Shown here in pieces: positions 1 through 8,569 of a stretch of DNA of 64,000 nucleotides. Source of the DNA: a bacterium (GTDB lineage Bacteria > Electryoneota > RPQS01); the NCBI GenBank assembly GCA_036504735.1, contig DASXUQ010000014.1, positions 31,852 through 95,851 of the forward strand. The letters are read 5' to 3'. The notes beneath the pieces were generated by a model. That model saw only the letters and a list, made by a program, of their open reading frames with translations. It did not search any database and had not been told where the DNA came from. The position numbers and the translations under genes were made by a program. How positions within the stretch are numbered: position 1 is the first letter of the stretch; each line of letters opens with the position of its first letter.

Positions 1-1826
1 CGAACCGGTGGGATGGCTGTCAGATTCTGGATGTGGGCGTAGGTGGAATCGCAGCCGAAATCCCCGCGAAAGAAGTGCACCAGTTGGGCTTCTCCGGGGG
101 CAAGAATCACGTCGATGTGATGCTCGCAGCCGGGGGTATTCCAGCACTGATCCGTGACCGTCATATCGCCGAGCGTATGGTGGATGTAATAGGGGTTGGT
201 GTTGAAGGCCGGGGCGGTCTGCACGATCAGCCGGATTTTGCGGGTTTCGTCCGGCAGCGCCCGGCGGTTGACGATCAGGAACCAGTAGTCTTCCCACAGC
301 GGGTCGTAGAGCGGGATCTGCGGATTGCGAAAGCGCGACACCTGCACATAGGGATGCTCTTCGGGAGTCTCCGACCAGCCGCCATTGATCGAATCGAAGG
401 CCTGAATCTGGCTCACGTAACGGTTTTGCAGCGGCAGGCTGGGGAAGCGTGACAGCGTATCCGGTTGCGTAGCCGCATAGGTGGCGTTGGGGTAATTGGT
501 TTCATAGGCGCGGGACGCATAGGTTTTGACGAATTCCAGAGACTCAAGTGTGCGCTCCACCTCGAGGATGTCATTGCCCGCCTTCTTGGCAGCCGAATAT
601 CTGCCATCCGAGGCGGTGTCCACGGAAGAGGTTGTATGCGCAAGGTTGTTCGAAACGCCGCACTCGTCTGCTCGCGGATGATTCCAGCGCAGCAATCCCG
701 CCGCGAAGTTCACGGGATACCATAGGATGCCGTCAACATCGCAGGCCACGGCGAGCCACGCGGAGAGTTTCACTTCGTTGGGGGTGGGCTGGCGGATGAT
801 CCAGCAGCCTTCACACGTGGAGTCGTTGGGGTCATCATCGTCGCCTTGGATCATGGCCCAGAACTTACGGGTCGGATCCTCTCGGACGAAAGCGATCTGA
901 TCCAACAGACCGAGGTGCAAGCCTGCCCATCCGGAATTCATCGGCATCGGATAGGTTTGCATGATTATTGAGTCGCCCCAGAGGTGCTCGTCAATCGTGC
1001 ACTGTAAGGATTTGGTCCCTTGTACACGATCATTGGGGCAACCGCTCCACACAATATAGGTGCAATCGGATTCGGGGTTGGTATAGAAATCCCGGAAGTT
1101 GATATCACAACTCCTGCCGCCGCCGTAGAGATAGAATTCATCCATATGCACCGGCATCGAGACGGATTGGTCGGACATCTGCTGGAACAGCTCGTTGCGC
1201 AGGCAGCCGTTGCAGCCGGGCCACCCGGCCTGACCGTTGGTCCACAGGGTGGGTAGACCGGCGTCTTGCAGAATGCGGTTGACCTTCACAAACGACTTGA
1301 GGGGTTCCGTCTGGATCATGGTCTGTCCCTGCGGCCATTCGTCATAGTACCAGCCTGCAAAGACCGTATCGCCGTAGATGCCGCGCTGCTGCCGGAAGGC
1401 ATTGGCAATGACGTTTCTGTAGTGGCTAATCGTATCCGGCGGAGCGGAGAAGAGGCGGTGATAGCCTTCATCCCAGACCTGCACTTCGTAAATTTGAAAA
1501 GTCTGATTGTCTCCGGCATAGTTGATGCACATCCGCACGGGCACACCCCAGCCGCCGTTGAAATAATGCCGGTCCGAATTTTCGTCTAAGGATCCTCCTC
1601 CAAACGTGTGCCTGTCCGAGTCATTTTCCGTCGTGTTGAACTGATCATCAAGGAGTGTGTATGATCCAGTCGCTCCCGGATGCGGATCAATGGTAAAGTT
1701 GATGACGTCCAACGAGTCCGGTCCGTTGCGAAAGCTGTCCACGGTCAGGGCCTGGACGGGATACTGCCACCAGCCATGCCAGTCTATCGTGCCATCACCA
1801 TTGGTGTCGCGGTCTTCACGCACCAT
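1..1826 (-). CDS. Secreted cysteine-rich protein, 3' partial. It runs off the left edge of the window and contains a DTNGDG calcium-binding-like motif and paired Cys (CNGC, CEGCW, CWNTPGC). It may be the same gene as 1816..2514 with a frameshift.
   Basis: Manual translation of the minus strand shows one open frame from 2018 down to position 1 with coding-like composition. It is missing from the ORF track only because its stop lies outside the window. The first ATG is at 1826 (MVREDRDTNGDG...). Confidence 0.5.
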   Translation of the reverse strand, partial: MVREDRDTNGDGTIDWHGWWQYPVQALTVDSFRNGPDSLDVINFTIDPHPGATGSYTLLDDQFNTTENDSDRHTFGGGSLDENSDRHYFNGGWGVPVRMCINYAGDNQTFQIYEVQVWDEGYHRLFSAPPDTISHYRNVIANAFRQQRGIYGDTVFAGWYYDEWPQGQTMIQTEPLKSFVKVNRILQDAGLPTLWTNGQAGWPGCNGCLRNELFQQMSDQSVSMPVHMDEFYLYGGGRSCDINFRDFYTNPESDCTYIVWSGCPNDRVQGTKSLQCTIDEHLWGDSIIMQTYPMPMNSGWAGLHLGLLDQIAFVREDPTRKFWAMIQGDDDDPNDSTCEGCWIIRQPTPNEVKLSAWLAVACDVDGILWYPVNFAAGLLRWNHPRADECGVSNNLAHTTSSVDTASDGRYSAAKKAGNDILEVERTLESLEFVKTYASRAYETNYPNATYAATQPDTLSRFPSLPLQNRYVSQIQAFDSINGGWSETPEEHPYVQVSRFRNPQIPLYDPLWEDYWFLIVNRRALPDETRKIRLIVQTAPAFNTNPYYIHHTLGDMTVTDQCWNTPGCEHHIDVILAPGEAQLVHFFRGDFGCDSTYAHIQNLTAIPPV

Positions 1827-2514
1827 CCAAGAATGAGGCGATCTGCTGATACCCCGGAGGATTACCATTCTTGACGAGATTGCAGGTAATTCGGAAATGC
1901 ATGGGCATGAAGACATCCCAGCCAAGCAGCGCCTCCCGCCGGTTCCACCCGGCCCAGACGCCCAAGTCTGACTGGGGTTGCCACATGGTGTCCCCCAAAG
2001 CAGATCGGCGCTGCACAACTAACGAATCACCACACGTAGAATCTGCCACTGGTGATTTCCAGTTATCGCTGTGGACATATTGGTTGTTCGCATCCCTCAC
2101 TATGATGTCCCGGTTTTGTGCCTCGAGATACTTGAACGCCTCCGCCGGGTAGCTGGAGTTGAGGATTTTGATGCCGTGGAGGTTATGCCAGAAGTCGGCT
2201 GTAAAGTCATCGGCAAAGGGGTAATAGGGGATGACGTGGGTTACGCCCATCTCGCTGAACCAGTTGAACACCTGTTGTTCGTTGGCAGGTCCAATGTTGC
2301 CGATGGCCGTGGCGCGCGGGACGTGCTCGTTCCAATAGCAGAAGCTGGAATCATACACTTGGCAGCGATAGTTTACGCCGGAGCGCGCGTCAAAATAGAC
2401 GGCAATGTCAAAGGCCTGCGCTCCGTGACCGCAATAAAGCAAAATGACGGGAAGAAGTACGCAGGAAAACCGCCAGATCAAGCGATGCATGGGAGCCTCC
2501 TCAGGAAAGTACAT
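1816..2514 (-). CDS. Exported protein of unknown function with an N-terminal signal peptide. Possibly the 5' part of the gene at <1..1826.
   Basis: 232-aa ORF. N-terminus MHRLIWRFSCVLLPVILLYCGHGAQA is signal-peptide-like. Its stop at 1816 overlaps the downstream frame by 11 nt. It lies 10 nt from the stop of the preceding gene on the same strand. Confidence 0.5.
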   Translation of the reverse strand: MYFPEEAPMHRLIWRFSCVLLPVILLYCGHGAQAFDIAVYFDARSGVNYRCQVYDSSFCYWNEHVPRATAIGNIGPANEQQVFNWFSEMGVTHVIPYYPFADDFTADFWHNLHGIKILNSSYPAEAFKYLEAQNRDIIVRDANNQYVHSDNWKSPVADSTCGDSLVVQRRSALGDTMWQPQSDLGVWAGWNRREALLGWDVFMPMHFRITCNLVKNGNPPGYQQIASFLDGA

Positions 2515-2524
2515 TAGAAAAACA

Positions 2525-4051
2525 CTATTTGAGCACCATCAGTTTGGTTGTGGTTTGGAGGCTCCCGGAGGAAACCTGCAGCAGATAGAGGCCACTTGCG
2601 AGTGCGGATGCATCGTAGCGGTAGCGCACTGTTCCGGCGCTGACCGGCGCGACCGCACGGGACACGGCTTGTCCCAAAAGATTGTAGACGACCAGATTTA
2701 CCTCCTTGCTATAGGCAGGAAGTGATAGTTCGACGGTGGTGCTGCTATTGAAGGGATTGGGGTAAACGGAAAGGCTGAAGGCGGAAGGATGAAGGATGAC
2801 AGGATCGGCTGCGGCATGCAGGCCGGAATCGCCACCCAGAATCACCACCTTTCCCCGCTGCGCGGCATATTCGATCCCGCCGTTAGCGCCAATGGCTAAG
2901 TCGTCGATATGATCGCCGTTGATGTCCCCCAGATTGACCGCGGTCTTGAAGTGAATGAGGTTGAACGGATCGGTCCAGCCGTAGATCACAAAAACAGGGG
3001 TGGGATTGATCCATTGACCGCCAAGGTGGAGTGTCAACACGCCTGCATAATTGTTCTCGCAGTACCCTGCGGCCATTACAATGTCACGGAAGCCATCATG
3101 GTTGAAGTCTCCTGCTGAAACGATTCCTCCCGGACCACCTCCTGAGCAGGGGAAGTTCAAACGCCAAGTTGCTGAGGTGTCAATGATGGATGCTCCCCAA
3201 ATGATGGATGCACCACCTGTCTCACCGTGCGCTACCTCGTCGTACCCGTCGTCGTTGACGTCGGAGAGAATAGTCCCTGAAAATACATCCACGCTAGAGA
3301 AGATGTACGCTGGTATAGTGTCGGGGTTCGAACCGCCAAGAAAGAGCGGAGGGCCATAGGATGAGCCGGTATCGCAAATGAAATCCGAAAAGTGATCGCC
3401 GTTCACGTCCCTCGTGCCACGAACCGACAGAATGGGGGCGCGGGTCCAGTCGGGCAGTGTATCCATCGGGTTGCCGCCGGCCAGTGCCTGCGATCTTCGG
3501 ATGCCCGATCCGGCATCTACCAGCAGCAGTAGATCATCAAACCCATCGCCGTTGAAATCGCCTATGGGAGCGCATGAAAGCGATCTAATAACCAGATCGG
3601 GTACCTCATGCGGTCCCGGCCCGCCGAAGTAGATCTTGTAAATGTGCGCTGCGGTGCTGTCGCCGAGGTAGCTGGTGAAGATGAACCAATCAGTGTATCC
3701 ATCTCCATTCAGATCACCGACGGCCTGTGCCCCTCGCACCGCCACCTCTGTCGCCGGATCCTTGACACGCACCATGTAGGGAATTGTGTCGGGCGGGTTG
3801 CCGCCGTGGAAGAACTCCACTTTAGGCTCGTTAGGGCTGCCTTGCGGGGCATAGCCCAAGCCGGAGGCATAGACGGCGAAGTCATTGAAGCCGTCGTCGT
3901 TCTGATCACCCAAGGCTAAAATCTGGCTGCCGTAAAGGGAGGAATCCCCGGCTCCTTCCCGTGACCAGATGGCGTGCGGCGCATAGGGCTGGGCAGAGGC
4001 AAGCGCAGAACAAAACAGGAGTAAGAGTAACAGGTGAGCAACTCGCCACAT
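2525..4051 (-). CDS. FG-GAP (integrin-alpha-like) repeat protein with a T9SS C-terminal sorting domain.
   Basis: Signal peptide. Multiple DxNGDGxxD repeats. C-terminus VYPNPFNSSTTVELSLP...LYLLQVSSGSLQTTTKLMVLK is typical of the Por/T9SS CTD. Confidence 0.8.
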   Translation of the reverse strand: MWRVAHLLLLLLFCSALASAQPYAPHAIWSREGAGDSSLYGSQILALGDQNDDGFNDFAVYASGLGYAPQGSPNEPKVEFFHGGNPPDTIPYMVRVKDPATEVAVRGAQAVGDLNGDGYTDWFIFTSYLGDSTAAHIYKIYFGGPGPHEVPDLVIRSLSCAPIGDFNGDGFDDLLLLVDAGSGIRRSQALAGGNPMDTLPDWTRAPILSVRGTRDVNGDHFSDFICDTGSSYGPPLFLGGSNPDTIPAYIFSSVDVFSGTILSDVNDDGYDEVAHGETGGASIIWGASIIDTSATWRLNFPCSGGGPGGIVSAGDFNHDGFRDIVMAAGYCENNYAGVLTLHLGGQWINPTPVFVIYGWTDPFNLIHFKTAVNLGDINGDHIDDLAIGANGGIEYAAQRGKVVILGGDSGLHAAADPVILHPSAFSLSVYPNPFNSSTTVELSLPAYSKEVNLVVYNLLGQAVSRAVAPVSAGTVRYRYDASALASGLYLLQVSSGSLQTTTKLMVLK

Positions 4052-4157
4052 AGAGGCTCCGTCAAATCGGGTTAAGCTAACTATAATGTAGCCTATCCTG
4101 TTTGAAAAATCAAGAGAGTTCTATATCTTGGCGGAAACGTCTTAACAGGAGACTATT

Positions 4158-4598
4158 TTGGAACTCAATGTAAATTGTCCGAACTGCGGGACCGTGGTCA
4201 CCACGTACCGCAATCCTTTTCCTACGGTGGATGTGGTGCTTATCCGCGAGGGGCACGTGCTGCTGATTCATCGCAAGAATCCGCCGGAAGGCTGGGCTCT
4301 GCCGGGTGGCTTTGTGGACTATGGAGAGTCCGCCGAAACCGCCGCTGCCCGCGAGCTGATGGAAGAGACCGGACTCAAAGCCACATCCCTGCGACTGCTC
4401 GGTGTTTATTCCGATCCTGACCGCGATCCACGCTTTCACACGTTTGGTGCGGTCTATCTGGGCACGGCCACAGGCGACGTGAAAGCGGGAGATGATGCCG
4501 CCGATGCCCGCTGGTGGCGGGTAGATCAATTGCCCGAGGTTATTGCCTTTGACCATCGCAAGATAATCAAAGACGCTCTGAAGTGCGGGAAGGCTTGA
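4158..4598 (+). CDS. NUDIX hydrolase with an N-terminal CxxC zinc-ribbon-like motif.
   Basis: Nudix box GGFVDYGESAETAAARELMEETGL (GX5EX7REUXEEXGU). CPNCG near the N-terminus. Confidence 0.85.
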   Translation: MELNVNCPNCGTVVTTYRNPFPTVDVVLIREGHVLLIHRKNPPEGWALPGGFVDYGESAETAAARELMEETGLKATSLRLLGVYSDPDRDPRFHTFGAVYLGTATGDVKAGDDAADARWWRVDQLPEVIAFDHRKIIKDALKCGKA

Positions 4599-4605
4599 AG
4601 AAAAA

Positions 4606-4706
4606 TCTGAAAGGCTGAAAGGCTGAAACGCTGAAAGAAGAGACCCCTCCTGATTCTTTCTTTGAGAAAGGGGGAACTTCAGTGTTTCAGATTTTCAGCG
4701 TTTAGA
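4606..4706. repeat. Composite element: tandem CTGAAA(G/C)G octamers (about 4 copies), then inverted copies, around a central CCCCT...AGGGGG hairpin.
   Basis: Direct reading: tctgaaaggctgaaaggctgaaacgctgaaag ... cccctcctgattctttctttgagaaaggggg ... cttcagtgtttcagattttcagcgttta. The arms are imperfectly complementary. Lies in the NUDIX / ABC-2 intergenic region. Confidence 0.5.
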
Positions 4707-4774
4707 TCGGGTTGCTTTCCTGAGCAAGCGTTTGTATATTCAGTGAATATCCGTACCGTTAAGGTGCCTTCTCT

Positions 4775-6847
4775 ATGCAGATGAAACTCGCCAAAACTAT
4801 TTTCTTCAAAGAGTTGCGGGACATGCTCCGCGACCGGCGCACACTGTTCATCATGGTCGTGCTGCCGATGATCATGTACCCGTTGCTGTTCATCGGCATG
4901 ATGCAGATGCTGATGTTTCAATTGGGGAAAGTGGAGCAGAAGTCCTCGCGCATTGCGATTGTCGGACGGGAGAACGCCGTTGATCTGGCGCAGAAAGTGG
5001 AGAGCACATCCGGCGTGCGGATCACAGACACTCTGAGCTGGCAGGAGAAAATTGTCAATGCGGACATCGACGCGGCGCTGATTATCCTGCCGGGCTTTGG
5101 CGACTCGGTTGCGGCCGGGAAAATTCCCACGGTGGAATTGTGTTACAACAATGCCAAGGATATTTCCCTGCGTGCCCGCGACCGGCTGGAAAGCACTCTC
5201 TCCGACTACCGGCAATCTGTGGTAGCGCAAAGATTGGTGTCCCTTTCGGCAGACACTACCTTGCTGCGGCCTTTCGCCATTTCCAAACGCAACCTCGCCA
5301 CGGCCCAGCAGCAGCAGGGGCACATGTTGGGAATGTATCTCGGCTATATGCTGATTCTGATGACGCTGATGGGCGCATTTTATCCCGCGGTGGACATGAC
5401 CGCCGGAGAAAAAGAGCGTGGCACGATGGAAACGCTGTTGGTTTCCCCCGCGAGCCGCGCCGATATTGTCTATGGAAAATTTGCCGCCGTGATGGTGATT
5501 GCTATTACGACGGCCATGCTCAATCTGCTCAGCATGGGTGCGACCGGACTTTACATGATGCACTTTGCGGGCAAGTCCGCCGCATCGGCATTCTCGACCA
5601 TCGCCATCTCGCCGCTGTCGCTGCTCCTATCACTGGCCCTGATTATCCCGCTGGCGGTGGCTTTTGCGGCGCTGTTTATTGCCATTGCGGTGAGCGCCCG
5701 CAACTATAAAGAAGGCACCAGCATGCTCTCGCCGCTGATGAGCGTGGTCATTCTGCCCGCCTTTGTGTCGGTGCTGCCGGGTACAGAAATGTCGCCGCTG
5801 CTGGCTGTTGTTCCCGTGGCCAATGTCTCCTTGCTGATCAAAGAATTCATGGCGGGAAATTACCCGTGGCTCTACACGTTGATGGCTTTTGGCAGCATGT
5901 CGCTTCTGGCGGTGGCCGCCCTCGCCTGGGCCACCAGCCAGTTCAAACAGGAGGCGGTGCTCTTCCGCCATGCGGAAGACGTGCGCTGGTCGCCCTTCCG
6001 CCGCCGTCGTGGAATATTGCCCAGCCCGTTTCCTTCTCCTGGAACGGCGGTTCTGCTGGTCGCGGTTGAACTGATTCTGCTGACCGTGCTAAGCAGCGCC
6101 GTGGCGGATCAGGGGGTGCAGCGGATGCTGCTGATTACGCAGATGGCGGTGCTGATTCCGCCGCTCTTCATTTTGCGGCGCGGAGGCTATGAGCAGAAGC
6201 GCGTGCTGGCGCTGAAGAAGCCCGCATCCATGGCGTGGCCGGCGACACTGCTGCTGATTTTCGGAGCGTGGATCTTTGCCATCGAACTGGCGTCGTTGCA
6301 GAACATGTTCATGCCGTTCCCCAAGGAGATGCTGGAGAAGTTTACCCATTTTTTCAATGACCTGAACAAGATGCCGTTGAGAACGGCGCTGTTCTTTGTG
6401 GCGCTGCTGCCCGGAATCTGTGAAGAGTTGCTTTGCCGCGGCTTTCTGCTGCATTCCTTCATCCCGCGCTTCGGCAAATGGGGCGCGGTCATTGTAACCG
6501 CCGTGGCCTTTGGCCTGTTGCACATGGATCCCTACCGCTTTCTGGCCACCACGTTTCTCGGGGTTCTGCTGGGGTTCATCGTGATCCGTACCGGGTCAAT
6601 CTTTCCGGCCATGCTGGCGCATGCTACTAATAACGCGCTGTCTTTCCTTGTAGAAAAGAATCAGGCGTGGATTGCCAAACTGACGTGGCTGGATTCGGAA
6701 ACCGCGCAGCTTCTTCCGTGGTGGGCCGTGGCGCTATCCTTGCTGATGGTCGGCGCCGGAATCCTGTGGTTAAACCATATCGGCGAGGCTCGTTCCGATG
6801 CCGGCGTCGTGACCGCGCCTGTGGTGGTCGAAGAAACCAATTCTTGA
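4775..6847 (+). CDS. Fusion protein: ABC-2 (NatB-like) transporter permease at the N-terminus, CPBP (CAAX/Abi) intramembrane metalloprotease at the C-terminus.
   Basis: 690 aa. The N-terminal about 400 aa is a polytopic ABC-2 permease with a large first loop. The C-terminus carries CPBP motifs EELLCRGFLL (EExxxR), FGLLH and HATNN. Confidence 0.7.
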   Translation: MQMKLAKTIFFKELRDMLRDRRTLFIMVVLPMIMYPLLFIGMMQMLMFQLGKVEQKSSRIAIVGRENAVDLAQKVESTSGVRITDTLSWQEKIVNADIDAALIILPGFGDSVAAGKIPTVELCYNNAKDISLRARDRLESTLSDYRQSVVAQRLVSLSADTTLLRPFAISKRNLATAQQQQGHMLGMYLGYMLILMTLMGAFYPAVDMTAGEKERGTMETLLVSPASRADIVYGKFAAVMVIAITTAMLNLLSMGATGLYMMHFAGKSAASAFSTIAISPLSLLLSLALIIPLAVAFAALFIAIAVSARNYKEGTSMLSPLMSVVILPAFVSVLPGTEMSPLLAVVPVANVSLLIKEFMAGNYPWLYTLMAFGSMSLLAVAALAWATSQFKQEAVLFRHAEDVRWSPFRRRRGILPSPFPSPGTAVLLVAVELILLTVLSSAVADQGVQRMLLITQMAVLIPPLFILRRGGYEQKRVLALKKPASMAWPATLLLIFGAWIFAIELASLQNMFMPFPKEMLEKFTHFFNDLNKMPLRTALFFVALLPGICEELLCRGFLLHSFIPRFGKWGAVIVTAVAFGLLHMDPYRFLATTFLGVLLGFIVIRTGSIFPAMLAHATNNALSFLVEKNQAWIAKLTWLDSETAQLLPWWAVALSLLMVGAGILWLNHIGEARSDAGVVTAPVVVEETNS

Positions 6848-6859
6848 TGGTGTGAGCTG

Positions 6860-8569
6860 ATGCATTCCTTTCCTACATCCGCCTGGCGAATTCCCAAAAC
6901 CATTACCGGTCTGTTAGCCCACGCCAAGCAGACCTGGCCCGATAGACCCTATCTGCAGATTCGCGTCGGCAACAGTCTGAATGCCCTCACTTATCGCGAG
7001 GTGGCGCTGCAATCCGAATCCTTGGCCCAACGCCTCATCGCGCGTAGCATCCATCCGGGTGACCGTGTGGCCCTGCTTGCCGAGAACCGTCCGGGATGGG
7101 TGACTGCCTATTTCGGAATCCTGCTGGCCGGCGGAGTCGTTGTGCCTATAGATTCCCTGATGTCGCCGACCGAAATCGCGTCGGTGCTGCGCATGGCCAA
7201 TGCCCTGCTGCTGATTACCACCCGCAAGTTTCTCGATGCCGTCGAGCAGGTTCAGAGCGAAACCGGAGCGGTTCCTTTGGACACACTGCTGATCGATGAG
7301 CCGTTGGAGGTGGAAGTTTCCGACGGCAAAGACGGCCACTGGCTGCAATTGCCCAAAGCCAAGCCCGACGATTTGGCGGTGATTATCTTCACCTCGGGGA
7401 CGACCGGTTTTTCCAAGGGGGTGATGCTCACCCATCTCAATCTCTGTTCTGACGTGCAGGGGATTGTGAATGCGGAGATCCTCGCGCCGGATGACAATTT
7501 CCATCTGCTATTGCCGCTGCACCACACCTACTCGGCGACCGTCAACATGCTCGGATCGCTGGCGCTGGGGGCGCGGGCGACCTTTGCCACCAGCTACAAA
7601 TCGCGCGACATTCTCGATGACATCCGCATCGCGCGGGTCACCATGCTGGTGTGTGTGCCACAGGTTCTGGAAAATCTGATGATCGGCATCCGCCGCGCCA
7701 TTCTGGATGCTCCACGGCACAAGCGCATGGCATTCCGTACAGTCTACGCACTTTCGGGGGGCTTGCACAAACTTGGACTGAACGCCGGATCGGTGATCTT
7801 CCGTGGCTTGCGCGAGAAGGCCAGTTTGCACAGCATCCGCCGCATGATTTCCGGCGGCGCCGCGCTGCGTCCCGAAGTCAACCGCTTCTTTGAGCATCTC
7901 GGCTTTCTGCTGCTGCAAGGCTATGGCCTGACGGAGACCAGCCCCGTGGCGACAGTGAATCCCCCGTGGCAAAACCGCATCGGTTCGGTGGGCATTGCCC
8001 TGCCGGGGGTGGAGGTCAAAATAGACAACCCCGACTCCAGCGGAATCGGGGAAATCTGTGTGCGCGGCGACTTGGTGATGCGCGGCTATTTCGAGAATCC
8101 CGAAGCCACAGCCCACGTCATGGAAGGCGGCTGGTTTCACACGGGAGATGCCGGGTACCTTGACCGCGACGGCTATCTGTTCATCACGGGCCGGATCAAG
8201 AACATCATCGTCACCGGCGGCGGAAAGAATGTCTATCCCGAAGAGATTGAGGCTGTGCTCAACATGTGCCCATGCGTGTTAGAATCGCTGGTGATCGGCT
8301 TCGAGCGCAGCAGGGGCGGGGGAGAGGAACTGGCTGCGCTGCTGGTGGTGGATCAGACCTATGTGGACGGCGAGCGCGAGCGCGGCAACGAGGTGGATGT
8401 CAACGCGGAACTGAAAAAGGCCGTAGACGATTACAACCAGTCCGTTCCACCCTACCGCAAAATTCGCCAATGGCAGATTCACCCCACCGAATTCGAGAAG
8501 ACCTCCACAAGGAAGATAAGGCGGTATGTGTACAAAGATGCGGTGCAGCAGGAGAGCAAGGGAGCTTAG
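6860..8569 (+). CDS. Long-chain acyl-CoA synthetase (AMP-forming; AMP-dependent synthetase/ligase family).
   Basis: AMP-binding motif TSGTTGFSKGV, YGLTETSP, GWFHTGDAGY, and the C-terminal TSTRKIRR lysine motif. Confidence 0.8.
   Translation: MHSFPTSAWRIPKTITGLLAHAKQTWPDRPYLQIRVGNSLNALTYREVALQSESLAQRLIARSIHPGDRVALLAENRPGWVTAYFGILLAGGVVVPIDSLMSPTEIASVLRMANALLLITTRKFLDAVEQVQSETGAVPLDTLLIDEPLEVEVSDGKDGHWLQLPKAKPDDLAVIIFTSGTTGFSKGVMLTHLNLCSDVQGIVNAEILAPDDNFHLLLPLHHTYSATVNMLGSLALGARATFATSYKSRDILDDIRIARVTMLVCVPQVLENLMIGIRRAILDAPRHKRMAFRTVYALSGGLHKLGLNAGSVIFRGLREKASLHSIRRMISGGAALRPEVNRFFEHLGFLLLQGYGLTETSPVATVNPPWQNRIGSVGIALPGVEVKIDNPDSSGIGEICVRGDLVMRGYFENPEATAHVMEGGWFHTGDAGYLDRDGYLFITGRIKNIIVTGGGKNVYPEEIEAVLNMCPCVLESLVIGFERSRGGGEELAALLVVDQTYVDGERERGNEVDVNAELKKAVDDYNQSVPPYRKIRQWQIHPTEFEKTSTRKIRRYVYKDAVQQESKGA

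Noticed and set aside
2071-2517. 148-aa plus-strand ORF inside the 1816..2514 gene.
   Set aside because: It is antisense to an ORF with a clear signal peptide and conserved-looking hydrophobic core strands. No start context.
4606-4706. Possible CRISPR array (repeated CTGAAAGG units).
   Set aside because: The units are only 8 nt, directly abutting, with no spacers of regular length, and partly inverted. This does not match CRISPR architecture, and no cas genes are in the window.
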